From Amoebidium appalachense (lineage: Eukaryota; Protista; Ichthyosporea): 64,000 nt of DNA. The first letter of the stretch is position 1. Every line of letters begins with the position of its first letter. A program made the position numbers and the translations under genes. Shown here piece after piece: positions 34,368-47,488 of this stretch. The notes beneath the pieces were generated by a model. The model searched no databases, was not told where the DNA came from, and was given only the letters and a program-made list of their open reading frames with translations. Location of the stretch: the NCBI GenBank assembly GCA_963693365.1, contig CAVNZM010000001.1, positions 62,001-126,000 on the forward strand, in the 5' to 3' direction.

Positions 34368-35975
34368 CTAACTGCCCCAACACCCGTCGTTCAACCACCG
34401 GATACGTCATCTTCTTCAAGGGGATCCCCATCACATGGTATTCAAAGCTGCAGTCCATCACGGCAACATCCACCACCGAGGCTGAGCTTCTGGCCATCAA
34501 TGCTGCTGTTCAAAACGTCACCTGGCACCGTGATCTCCTCCGTGAACTCGGCTACCCGATGACCGACCCCACCCCCGTCCACTGTGACAACCAGTCCACC
34601 ATTGCCCTCCTGCACACCAACAGCATCAAGCACCGGACCAAACACATTGCCGTCCGGTACCACAACACGAAGGACTACATCAAGAGTGGGGATGTGGTCG
34701 TCACCTACGTGTCCACCAAGGACAACGTGGCCGACATCTTCACCAAGGCCCTGCCTGGGCCCTCCCACGAGCAGCACCGTGCTTCCCTCAGTCTTCGTGA
34801 CTGAGTGTGCCCCCCCCCCCCCCCCCCCCCTCCCCCGTTCATCTACAGTGGTCTTCAAGTAGGTTGGGGCCCCGGCCAGTGGTCTACACATCACCGTGTA
34901 GAGACACCTCCCAACGAAAGTCTACTGCTGTCTTCATCAATCTTCAGTGTGTGCATCTTCAGTGGGGAATTCCTTCTCCACCATCCGTCGTTTTTTTATA
35001 TACCACCATATCTATTGGTTTTCTTTTATATTCGACTTATGTATATGTCGAACTGGGATGGCGTCCCAGTATAAATAATTATCTATAGCCATGGCGTGCT
35101 GGTTGACTGCCAGTCTAAACCTAGTCCTCGGGATGTACCTTCCCCGTGTCTTAACTGGTTGACCACCAGTCTATAAATCAGTCCACAAGATGTTCATGCC
35201 TTGTGTGTATCTGGGTGAGCCCCAGTATAAAACATTAGCCACCAACACGTCACACATACACTAGTGTTTTCTTCTATATATGTATCGTTGATTGGCTACC
35301 GTCATGTTCCGAGTCTTCCGAGGCAACCGTCGTTGTGTGCTTCCTCCGTTTTGGTTTTCTTCCCCGGCTTGCCACTTCAAGTCTTCTCCAATTGTCTTCT
35401 CGAGTGGGGAAACTTGACTGTGACGTCACAGCACCTGCTTCTACAAGTGTGAGAGTATTGACATCAACAGTCACATCAACAAACTTCACGAGAACCCAAC
35501 TTCCAACCCTTGAGTGGGGATGTCATCTTCCCATGATTAATGGCAAGACTTAGAAGTTGAGTTTTACATTTGTTTATTAGTTTGTTGTTGTTTGTTTCCT
35601 TTTCCCTTTTCCTTTCTTCCTTCCTTTCTTTCTTTCCTTTCCGTTTCCGTGTGCACAGATATCTTAGATCTGTGTACACATCGAGCTATTTGGCCCGCGC
35701 ACACGTATTGTTGTTTGCGTCAATGTCTAAATAAGTTGTCCAATTAGATCTGATTATATTTTCCCAAATATAGTAACCTACATTCCTCATTAATTCTATT
35801 CGATTCCTTTCCCATTCCATTCCTTTCTATCCTCATTCCTTTTCCTTCTTTTCCCATGACGTAGCATTGCTCTATGTTCCCCAACTATTAGGAATACTTA
35901 TATTTAGACGTGTTATGTTAGGAACATGTATAAATATATGATGTGAACTAATAGATACATAAGTGGTTTCATTTT
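34368..35975 (+). mobile_element. Copia 3' fragment: RNase H end (to 34804), 3' UTR, PPT, variant LTR B' from 35521 (cut by Ngaro)
   Basis: TTEAE, CDNQS, KHIAVRYH and ADIFTK motifs; GAGTGGGGA|TGTCATC. Confidence 0.9.
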
Positions 35976-36392
35976 GGTTTTATTTGTGGAATTTATTGAC
36001 ATAAATATTTTTTCTGGGTAAACACGTAGGATGGGTGTTCGGTATCAACATAACCATGTAGGCTTCATTTCGTGTTTTAGCAGTTCGCGGTTGGCTGCCC
36101 GCACACGGGCACCTATTAGCCAATCAAAACATCAGATTCCACATATCACTAGACCGAGTTTTGATTGGCTCGGATCAGATTTCACATATCACTAGATCAA
36201 TTTTGATTGGCTCAGATCGGTAGGCTTAGGTATATAAGCACGACAGTTTTTAGCAGATCAGCAAGCTACAAACACATCTTCTGTGTTTAGCACCCACAGC
36301 CTTACAGCTATATATTCCTTTTTCATTCTCCCTATCTTTCTCTCCGCCGGTCAGCATGCCGCCGAAAAAGCGCCAGGCCTCAGCCACCGCCC

Positions 36393-39300
36393 TGTAAACA
36401 ACTGTACACATGAACTGTACATGTTTACTAAAGAATGTGATCTACTAGCACACGATTCGTGCTTTGTCATGAATATCACATAAATATTATGTCCGCACCA
36501 ATAGGACTCACTCTGACCTAAGAATTGAACCATATATGGTTCTTCCGCTGCATACCACATAAACGAAGTGAACCAATAAGAGGTTTGCATAAATAGGACG
36601 AAGGTCTGACTGGCTCGGACCGCACCAGAATCACGAATGGCATGTTGCCACCCGCGCTGGCCGCGGATGAACCAATCCTGGGCCTTGATCCGAAACCTGG
36701 GGGCTATATAACAAAGCCGTCCCAGTACGGGGATCACATCAGTGAAGTCTGAGACAGACTGAGTCGGCCCATAGTAAAAGCAACCTGGCCGCGTGTGCCT
36801 TTCTACCCGTTCTCTGTCTTTATTTTGATTCAGTTGTACTCTGCCTTATCCTAACTAGTCCAACTGTTTACATTGGCGACCACGCAGTTCAAGAATCTCG
36901 AATCCTTCGAATCTCACATCTTTCAATCAGTTCAAGAATCTCACATCTTTCAATCAGCTCAAGAATCTCCCATGGCCGATCACAATCCTTATTACCCCGA
37001 TGATAGGCACATCTTTCCTTGTCCGGCTTAGAATATATACACCGACAAGTTTGAAGTGGCCAGCCCACCTACACGGAAAGAATTGAAAGCATGTAAAACT
37101 TCTTTTGCTACGACACATCAAAAATGTGAAGAAAAACGAATACACAACGAAACAACGAATACACGAACAAACGAATAAAGAATTGCTAACGAAGCAATGA
37201 ACCAACGAAAAACGAACCATCACGAATACGCAATGAAATAAAGAATTAACGACAAACGATTGCATAGAGGAAATACGAAATGAATGCAACACGAAAACAA
37301 AACGAAGTAACGAAGTTATCAAACGACAAAAAACGAAAAACGAAAGCAAAATGAAATGGAAATACGAAAATGAAAGAACGAATGCACAACACTGCTTGGG
37401 TTGCAATGCACACAGCCCCCTCTATGTTACGAAGAAAAGAAAACCGTTGCCCTTGCGTGCATTGCGCTATTGCACACTGTCATCGTGTCCATGCCACCGC
37501 ATGCACGTCCACACTCGCAAGCCAGATCATCATGATGCACGGCCACTTTCAGCACGAATGCATTTAAAGAAGAAGATAGTCGCTGTTCCTATAGCATTGA
37601 GGACATAGGGTGCTGTGAAAGTAGTTTTGCATGCATGATTCGAATTTCTTGCTGTTTTCGAATACAGCATGCCCCATAGTTTAGCGCACAGGATGCACAA
37701 CATGCGCATGAATGTATGCTGGCATGCCTAAACACATTACGAACATATGCCTCATGTATGGCGGCCCTTCCTGGTGCCACGCCCTAACGAATTTGCACTC
37801 TTGGTGCACAAAAGGCATGTAATAAAGTCGATGCAGAACTTTTGTTCATGCATGTGAAAAACAAAGAAGGTGTTGGGTACGAATTTTAAGGTGAATGCCC
37901 GTCTGTGGCAATACGGTGTAACATACCAATTACACTGTCAAGCCTTGCACTAGCTGCCGGCACACCCCCACCAGAACAAAAGAATGTGGTATGGGCACCG
38001 CTCCCTCACAACCCCATCATACAGTGTCAGTATTTTGGCTGGAAGCCTTTCAGTTTCGAATTACGAATACCCTCCTTCACTACTGAAGAAAGTGACGTGG
38101 AAGACGAATACGAATACGAATGCAAGGTGTTGTTGACTAACACATCGGACCATCATGTGTACCTAGGCCCTGGTACGGAGGTGACCATGTTATTCCCTTG
38201 CAATATGATGACACTGTAACAATTTAGCACGTGCATACCCCACCAATGGGCACATGCGGGAGACAACCCCACAAGCTGCCTTATTGGGCACCTCTGCTAA
38301 AACGAATATTCTTCTCACGAAGGAACAGAAGAATGCCACGAACACGAACCACACACTCACCAGGCAGCTACTTACATCTAATGTATGTAAGAAGTAGGGT
38401 GTGTGAATGGGGTAACTTCATGAACACCAACACGAAAGAAAGCACAGCACAAAGCAGTTCCACGAATACGAATGGTTTTGGTATTCCACACAACGAACAG
38501 AACCTACAGTAGGGCCACCTACAAATGAAGCAGAGGATGGGGCACCATCCAGACCTGCACTGGAGGATATGAAGATACGAAGCGCGCTCACGAAGTTGCT
38601 TACAAAAGAAAGGGCGACTGCGACGACTTTTCTTTTTAGGCCAAGCCTCCAGAAGAATGTATTATGCCTGGAATCCCCCTGCTCAACGAAAATGGCTGGC
38701 AAATGGGATACGAAAACTGCTCACGAATGGAAGCATGTGTTTTCTGAAGGAGGCTTGCTTTGCCTACCCTCTTCTTATGAATTATGAACCGGGCTTTTAC
38801 TGGTTCTGACGGGTGATATATTTCTTTATGTCGCCCAACGAAGAACACTTGGGCATTTTTATTCTGTTTTTCCCAGCTCCGATGATGCAGGGTTAAAGCT
38901 GAAAGGAAAGAAGTGCTCTTTGTTCATGAAAGAAGTGGCTTTTCCGGCCATGGTGACTCGCCTTACAGTCTTAAGGTAGAACCGGGATAAGGAGCAGCGG
39001 CTAAGCCTTGAAGCTATCCACCACTACCTGAGCTACGAAGTGACCTAAGGCTCGAGTTATATTCATTATCGAATGTTTGGTATGATCATTCATCCACACA
39101 ACCAAATTACTCGCAATTGAAAACGAATCTGCGGGAGTATCCTAAAAAGGAAAAATTCCCAAAAAGGAAAATACTACTTCTACAGAAAAGCCAAGCACAG
39201 AGACGAAGGCTTAGCGAATTATTCGCACGCACACTCTGCAACAATCTTTGCCACGAAAATGAAATCACAGAAGAATGCTGCATGAATTTACGTTTTGGCA

Positions 39301-39947
39301 AATGAAGAAGTGCTCATAGACGTGCACAACTCTATTCCACCGTCCTTGCTCTGTTCTGTCCAGCAGCTCGGCACACACAAGAATTCTCGCTGAAGGTTGT
39401 TTATCGCCTCTCAGCCTGGTGGTTTGCTTGTCTAACGACACCACCAGGCTCCCGACAAGGGGGGGAGTGTAAACAACTGTACACATGAACTGTACATGTT
39501 TACTAAAGAATGTGATCTACTAGCACACGATTCGTGCTTTGTCATGAATATCACATAAATATTATGTCCGCACCAATAGGACTCACTCTGACCTAAGAAT
39601 TGAACCATATATGGTTCTTCCGCTGCATACCACATAAACGAAGTGAACCAATAAGAGGTTTGCATAAATAGGACGAAGGTCTGACTGGCTCGGACCGCAC
39701 CAGAATCACGAATGGCATGTTGCCACCCGCGCTGGCCGCGGATGAACCAATCCTGGGCCTTGATCCGAAACCTGGGGGCTATATAACAAAGCCGTCCCAG
39801 TACGGGGATCACATCAGTGAAGTCTGAGACAGACTGAGTCGGCCCATAGTAAAAGCAACCTGGCCGCGTGTGCCTTTCTACCCGTTCTCTGTCTTTATTT
39901 TGATTCAGTTGTACTCTGCCTTATCCTAACTAGTCCAACTGTTTACA
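36393..39947 (+). mobile_element. Complete non-autonomous gypsy-derived LTR element (3.55 kb); LTRs 36393-36872 and 39468-39947
   Basis: TSD CGCCC; LTR termini TGTAAACA/TGTTTACA; PBS TGGCGACCACG (complementary to a tRNA-Arg-type 3' end); [14 protein letters not shown]. No long ORF; RT remnant ~38810-38960. Confidence 0.95.
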
Positions 39948-40092
39948 CGCCCCCTGCCGCGGCACCTAAGCGCCTGACCCGCAGCGACCTCCGCCACAGG
40001 CTGACCAACGCTCCCGCGGGCCCTGACGCGCATCCGGAGGCCCATACCACCACGGACCCTCCGGCTACTCTCCCCTCTACTCCTGAAGTCCC

Positions 40093-43000
40093 TGTCATCT
40101 TCACTTGATTCTCAGCAAGACTTAGAAGTTGAGTTTTGTATTTATTTATTAGTTGTTGTAGTTTGTTTCCTTTTCCTTTCTTCATTTCTTTCTTTCATTC
40201 CCGTTTCCGTGTACACGACATCTTAGATCTGTGTACGTATCGACATACTTAGCTCGCGCACACGTATTGTCGTTTGCGTCAAAATCTATATATGTCATCC
40301 AATCATATCTCGTTTGTATTTTCCCAAATATAGTAACTTACATTCCTTTCTCATTCCTTTCCCACGACGTAGCATTGTGCTATGTTCTTCAACTATTTAG
40401 GAATAATTATATTTAGACGTGTTATGATAAGAACATGTATAAATGTATGTTATGAATTAATAGTTATATAAGTGGTTTCATTTTGTTAAATGTTTCCGTG
40501 CTTTTATTAGAAGTTTCTTTCATTAGAGGATTGAGTTTTATATTCTATGTGTCGACAGACATTTTAATCGATATATTTTACACTCATAGTGTTCGTTCTT
40601 TTGATTGGTTTATCGTTTCACATTCCCAAGTATAAAAGGGACCTCATCTTGAAATAAATCGTAAGCAGTCGTATTCATTTCCTATGGTTCCAGAAATCGT
40701 TCCACCTCTCCGGTTGTGCTTCTCCCGTGTGTCTCTGTGTTGTGTATTACATAACACCCATCTGTGCTCTCTGCTTCTCCGTTTACCCATACAAAATAAC
40801 AGGTTTACGGCCCCTTTGCACGCTAACACACAATCTCGTTACAACCGCGAAATCTCTCAGTCTTACTGCTTCAATCATGACTGATAAACCGTCGTATATC
40901 AACCTTCCAATATGGAATCCGTCCGAGAAACGAGACGAGAAACGTCTTAATTATTTCGAGTGGGAACCACTCATTCACCGGTTCATTAGAACAACCATTG
41001 CCGAGAAATTCGTTGACGCTATCAAGAGGCCACAGTGGGTTGACGGCGCTGAAGCCAACCAGTGGCTAGGCTACGCCACCAAGGACTCCTACAAGAAAGC
41101 TTCCGACGTCCTCGACCAGATCCTCAACCAGTCCGTCCACCCGACCGAGCTCTACGACTCCGGCCGGATGCAAGACGGTGTCCACGGTGGTGAAGTCTTC
41201 CACAACCTACGTATGGCGTATGTAGCAGAGAAGGAGGCCCGAGTCACCCAGATCCAAGTCACCTTCGAGGAGCTTGAACTACGAGACTACCCCAACGTCA
41301 CAGCATACCTCACCCGTCTCCAACGTCTGGCTACGACACTTGCCTGCCTCGACGAGCCCGTCCAGCACAAGGATGTCGTACGTAAGTTCTTCCTTCACCT
41401 CAGGAAGAACACGGCCCTGGTCTGCTCCGACATTGACCGTCTCTGCTCCGACTACTGGATGAACAACAAGGCCTACCCGTCCTTCAACCAGCTCATCAGT
41501 GACATCCGAGGAGCTGAAATCCGTGCCGGCCTCATCGACGCAGGCACAGGTGCAACCGTCAACAACCGTCCCCTCCGTGCACTCCAGAGCAGAGTGCTTC
41601 CCCCCGGTGACCTCCGTAACCGTCAATGCCAAACAACGTGGCATCATCAACATGACACTGCACTACAACGGCAAACCAACACAGTGCAGCATCAATGCTT
41701 ACTACGTACCCGAGGCACCGTCTTTCCTCGTGTCTACCTCCATGGCCTCAGCTGCCGGCCTCCTAGGTCATTGTGACGATACAGACAACCACCCGTCGTT
41801 CCTCTACAGCCGTAATGGTGACATCATTACAGATCTCACCCCCCTCGACGGTCTCTACTACATCACTGACTATGTGATTGAGACTCCTAAACACCCGGGG
41901 GTCCAAGCCTACACAGCAAGGACTCAACCACCCGCCGACCTCACCCTTTGGCACAACCGTCTCGGCCACCGTGCCCTCTCCACCGTCACCAGGATGGCCA
42001 AAGATGAGCTTGTCATCGGCATGCCCCCCTCCCTCAAGTCACCCGACAACAGTGACTGCTTCGGCTGCATGTCTGGCAAGACCACCAAGGCCCCCTTTCC
42101 CGGCACCCGTTCCAAGTTCACCATTCCCGGTGCTAAGTGGCACCTGGACTTCTTCGAATCTCCCTGTACTTCCTACGGAGGCTACAAGGTTGCTCTGGTG
42201 TGTGTTTGTGATGCCACCGGTTACACCACCGTGTTCCCCCTCTACAACCGTGGTGAAGCCCTCAGCCACATTCAGTCTCTCGTTGAAACCATTGAACGTC
42301 AGACACCTGAGATCGTCACCCATCTTCGGTTTGACTCCGGCTCTGAGTTCACCTCCAAGGACACCGAGGCCTACTGCAAGCAGAAAGGCATCATCATGGA
42401 GTTTGCCCCCGTCGACACACCACAACACAACGGTGTTGTTGAACGGAAGATGAGAGAACTGCAAGAGACAGTCCGTTGCTTCCTCCATGCCGACAAGGAC
42501 CAACCTCTCTCTCCCAAGTTGTGGGTTGCTGCTCTCAAGCATGCAGGCTACATCATCAACGTCACACCGTCATCTGCTGCCAACGGCAACACTCCCTTCG
42601 AGGCCTTTCACGGCTTCAAACCCGACGTCTCCCAGCTCCACGTGTTCGGCTCCCCTGCCTATGTGCATGTTCCCCGGTCAAAGAGGAACAAGCTGGCATC
42701 AACCGTCAGAGTCGGCACCTACGTCGGCTGGGACCTGCCCTCCAAGGCACACAAGATCCTTGCCCGTGCCAGCAACCAAATCAAGATCTGCCGTGATGTG
42801 ATCTTCGACGAGTCAAAATTCACGAGCAGCACCAATCAGGTCCCCGTTCCCCCCAAACCCGATCTGCCGACATTGGACCCCCCCTCCGACGACGACGATG
42901 AAACTCCGTCTGTGGTCATCTCCCAACCGTCCTGGCACAACCAACCAGCCCCGGTTGAACCCGTGTCTCCCCCGAGCCCCCCCCCCCACTGGCCAACAAC

Positions 43001-44843
43001 CCTTGCTGCCGGCCCCCCCCCGTTGCTGTACATCAACCCGGCTACATGACTCCGGTTCGTCCTGGGTCCCCCACCTTCCACTCGGCCTCGAGCAGCCCTG
43101 TGGACACCGATGCCCCCCTCACCACCGGTCCTATTCCTGGCTTCCATGCCCCTATCCCGGCCTCCACCACCTACCCGGCCACCACCCCCCTCAAGGACCC
43201 CCCCAAGCCCAACCTTCGTCGGTCTACACGTCTCACCAAGACTCCAACGGCACTGGTCAGCATCATGGCACCGACCATCAACATTGACCAGCTCCCCAAG
43301 GGCATTCAAAAGCTTTGCAACGGTCCCAACGGTGATGCCGTCATAGCTGCCCTCACCTCCGAGTACCAAGCCTTCATCACCAAGGATGTCTTCACCATTG
43401 TTGATCCTCCCCCTAATGCCAACATCATCAAGTTCAAGTGGATTGTGACTGAGAAAGTCCTCAACTCAGCCGGTGACACCAAGATCAAAGCTCGTGGTGT
43501 TACAAAGGGCTTCACTCAAGTCTACGGTGTTGACTACGGTGACACCTCTTCCCCCGTGGTGATGTCCTCCTCCGTCCGTGCCCTCCTTGCCATCGGTGTG
43601 GACGGCAACCATGAGATTCATCAACTCGACGTCTCAACTGCCTTCCTCAACAGTCCTCTTCAAGAAGACATCTACATTGAGCCACCACCTGGCTTCATCA
43701 CCCCCGGCAACGAACACAAGGTCTGGAAACTTAAGAAGGCGCTCTACGGCCTCAAGCAAGCATCACTGGCCTGGTATGACTACTTCGACAAGGTCCTCCT
43801 TGCCCACGGTCTCGAACGTCTCCGTTCAGATCCATGTGTCTACATCAAGACCTTCCCCAACGGTGACATCATCCTCACTGGCAACTATGTGGACGACGTC
43901 ATCATCATCTGCACGGCCAACTCTTCCCACACCAAGGATCTAGTAGACCACATTATGAAGTCAGCTCTCTGCAAGGTTGACCTTCCCGACATCTTCCTTG
44001 GCACCCAGCTCATCCACACCCCCGGTCACCTCAAGCTGCTTCAACAATCCTACATCAACGACATCGTCAGAGACTTCAACCTCAACGATGCTCACCCCAA
44101 GGCTACTCCCATTCCCGTCGGCACCGTCATCACCATCAACGAGAACGACTCACCACCCATCAAGGTTCCCTACCGTGAACTACTCGGCCGTCTTTTGTGG
44201 GTTGCTCGTTGTTCCCGGCCCGACATCTCCTTTGCCATCGGCTACCTCGGTAGATTCAGTGCCAACCCCACCAAACTTGCATGGGAATGTCTACTCCGTG
44301 TAGTTCGGTACCTCATCGGCACTTCCAACCTCGGCCTTCACTACGACAAGTCTGCATCCGATGACAACACCCCCTTGCTGGAGTGTTATTCTGATGCTGA
44401 CTTTGCCAACTGCCCCAACACCCGTCGTTCAACCACCGGATACGTCATCTTCTTCAAGGGGATCCCCATCACATGGTATTCAAAGCTGCAGTCCATCACG
44501 GCAACATCCACCACCGAGGCTGAGCTTCTTGCCATCAATGCTGCTGTTCAAAACGTCATCTGGCATCGTGATCTCCTCCGTGAACTCGGCTACCCGATGA
44601 CCGACCCCACCCCCGTCTACTGTGACAACCAGTCCACCATTGCCCTCCTGCACACCAACAGCATCAAGCACCGGACCAAACACATTGCAGTCCGGTACCA
44701 CAACACGAAGGACTACATCAAGAGTGGGGATGTGGTCGTCACCTACGTGTCCAGCAAAGACAACGTGGCTGACATCTTCACCAAGCCCCTGCCCGGGCCC
44801 CCCCACGAGCATCACCGTGATTCACTCAGTCTTCATGACTGAG

Positions 44844-44883
<40 letters not shown>

Positions 44884-46073
44884 TTTCATCTACAGTGGTC
44901 TTCAAGTAGGTTGGGGCACTGGCCAGTGGTCTACACATCACCGTGTAGAGACACCTCCCAACGAAAGTCTACTGCTGTCTTCATCCATCTTCAGTATGTG
45001 CATCTTCAGTGGGGATTTCTTCTCCACCATCCGTCGTTTATTTATATACCATCATATATATAATGTATAGATCATTAGCCACCAACACGTCACACATACA
45101 CTAGTTGTTTTCTTCTATATATATTTATATATCGTCATTGGCTACCGTCATCTTCCGAGTCTTCAGAGGCAACCGTCGTTGTGTGCTTCTTCCGTTTTGG
45201 TTTTCTTCCCCGGCTTGCACCTTCAAGTCTTCTCCATTGTCTTCTCGAGTGGGGAAACTTGACTGTGACTTCACGGCACCTACTTCTACATGTGTGAGAG
45301 TCTTAACATCAACAGTCACATCAACAAACTTCACGAGAACCCAACTTCCAACCCTTGAGTGGGGATGTCATCTTCACTTGATTCTCAGCAAGACTTAGAA
45401 GTTGAGTTTTGTATTTATTTATTAGTTGTTGTAGTTTGTTTCCTTTTCCTTTCTTCATTTCTTTCTTTCTTTCCCGTTTCCGTGTACACGACATCTTAGA
45501 TCTGTGTACGTATCGACATACTTAGCTCGCGCACACGTATTGTCGTTTGCGTCAAAATCTATATATGTCATCCAATCATATCTCGTTTGTATTTTCCCAA
45601 ATATAGTAACTTACATTCCTTTCTCATTCCTTTCCCACGACGTAGCATTGTGCTATGTTCTTCAACTATTAGGAATAATTATATTTAGACGTGTTATGAT
45701 AAGAACATGTATAAATGTATGTTATGAATTAATAGTTATATAAGTGGTTTCATTTTGTTAAATGTTTCCGTGCTTTTCTTAGAAGTTTCTTTCATTAGAG
45801 GATTGAGTTTTATATTCTATGTGTCGACAGACATTTTAATTGATATATTTTACACTCATAGTTTTCGTTCTTTTGATTGGTTTATCGTTTCACATTCCCA
45901 AGTATAAAAGGGACCTCATCTTGAAATAAATCGTAAGCAGTCGTATTCATTTCCTATGGTTCCAGAAATCGTTCCACCTCTCCGGTTGTGCTTCTCCCGT
46001 GTGTCTCTGTGTTGTGTATTACATAACACCCATCTGTGCTCTCTGCTTCTCCGTTTACCCACACAAAATAACA
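40093..46073 (+). mobile_element. Ty1/copia retrotransposon; LTRs 40093-40801 and 45366-46073
   Basis: TSD GTCCC; near-identical LTRs; domain order gag-(PR)-IN-RT-RH; PPT GAGTGGGGA. Confidence 0.96.
40877..44842 (+). pseudogene. gag-pol: Copia gag-pol in three frames (breaks ~41600-41620 and at poly-C ~42980-43020)
   Basis: UBN2-like gag; YYVP..LVS protease C-half; LWHNRLGH..CxxC; integrase HLD, FDSGSEF, PQHNGVVER; RT KGFTQVYGVDY, LYGLKQA, YVDD; RH YSDAD, TEAE, CDN, ADIFTK. Confidence 0.9.
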
Positions 46074-47457
46074 GTCCCTCCTCAGGCCCCGACGTCCCCG
46101 CCGATGACTGCTCAAGACGCCGTCCTTGCCGCCCTCACCGCCATCAGCACCCAGATGGCTGGCGTCCTGGCCGCTCTCACCAACCGCGACCCTCCCGCGC
46201 CCCCTGCCGCACCCCCTCCACCCGGGCAGGTTTCCCCGGGACTACATCTCGGCCCTAACCTGGACCTACCTGCCCTGCCCGCGCCCCCCATTACAGGTGA
46301 GAACACTGGCGACATTCAGCCGGGCACACTGCCGCTTCCCCCCGCGGATGTGCTGGCAGATTTGCGGGCCAATCGTTTCGTCGACCTGTATAAGTTCACC
46401 CCCGCAGCCCTCCTGGCCCCATCCAAGAAAGGTCAGCAGCTGCGCATGGGTGACGACGGCAGCATCGAGGCTTTTCGCAATGACAAACCCGTTCCCCTGC
46501 GTTCACTCGTCATTTGGATCCAAGCTTGGACCCATTACATGGCCGCCAAGCACCACCTCGACCTCCCCACGGACAAGGACGTACTTTGGACTCAGCACAT
46601 CACTCGCCTCAGCACCCGATACCCGTGGGCTCAGATCCACATCTATGACGTGTACACCCGTACCGTTGCCTACAGCAGGGTCGGGCTCCGATCGAGTGTC
46701 CCAACCTGCTCGCCCAACTCCACCAGGATCTCCTCCTGCCACCCACTCTGCTCATCCCGGACGCATGTCAGCGCTGTGGCTTCCCCGACCACCCCAGCGC
46801 GGCCTGCCCCATGTACCCCAAGCCCGGCTGTGGTTTTGACGGCTTCAAGCCGCCCCACAAGCCCGGCGGGGGCCAAACTCCCAACCGCCCTGGCCCGCAA
46901 CCCGGCCCGGCAAAACCGGCCCGACCCGTGGATCTACCCGCGACGCACTGCAGGAATTTCCACATTAACGGTCGGTCCTGCGCTAAGCAGCCCTGCCCCT
47001 TCTCCCACGTGTGCCCGCTCTGCTCTGGCACACACCCCCGCAAAGACTGCAAGCACAATGCCTAGTCTACGCGCACACACACAGATAGAACATAGGGGCT
47101 CGGAGCTAGGACACACGGGTACAAGGAAACGGAGCTCGGGAAAGCGGGCCAATAGGGCTGATTACAAATTTTCGCAGGCCAACTACGGCCGCGCCCGCGC
47201 GCGCCAAGAATAAATGTCCCTACACAAAGACGTTATTCTGGCCACTGCACATAATTTTACTCCCCCCCCCCCCATCCCACGAGCCTCCCCCCCCCTGGCA
47301 CTCACCTAGCACTCCCTCCCCCCCCCTCCTTCTACCTCTGTGTCCGCCCACACCCGCGCGTGCTCGGGCATCCCCTGCACAGGGCCCCGCTGCCCTCCCT
47401 GCAAACCTTCCCTCGGGCCCAGCTGCCCTACTCTAACCCCCCCCGGCCGGGGCCCTG

Positions 47458-47488
<31 letters not shown>

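Noticed and set aside
36885-36975. 27-bp tandem repeats after the gypsy PBS, and the 35050-35240 units, as CRISPR-like arrays
   Set aside because: Eukaryotic retroelement UTR repeats with no identical direct repeats around unique spacers and no cas genes.
42970-43050. Programmed frameshift between copia integrase and RT
   Set aside because: The break coincides with two poly-C runs; a homopolymer indel is the simpler explanation.
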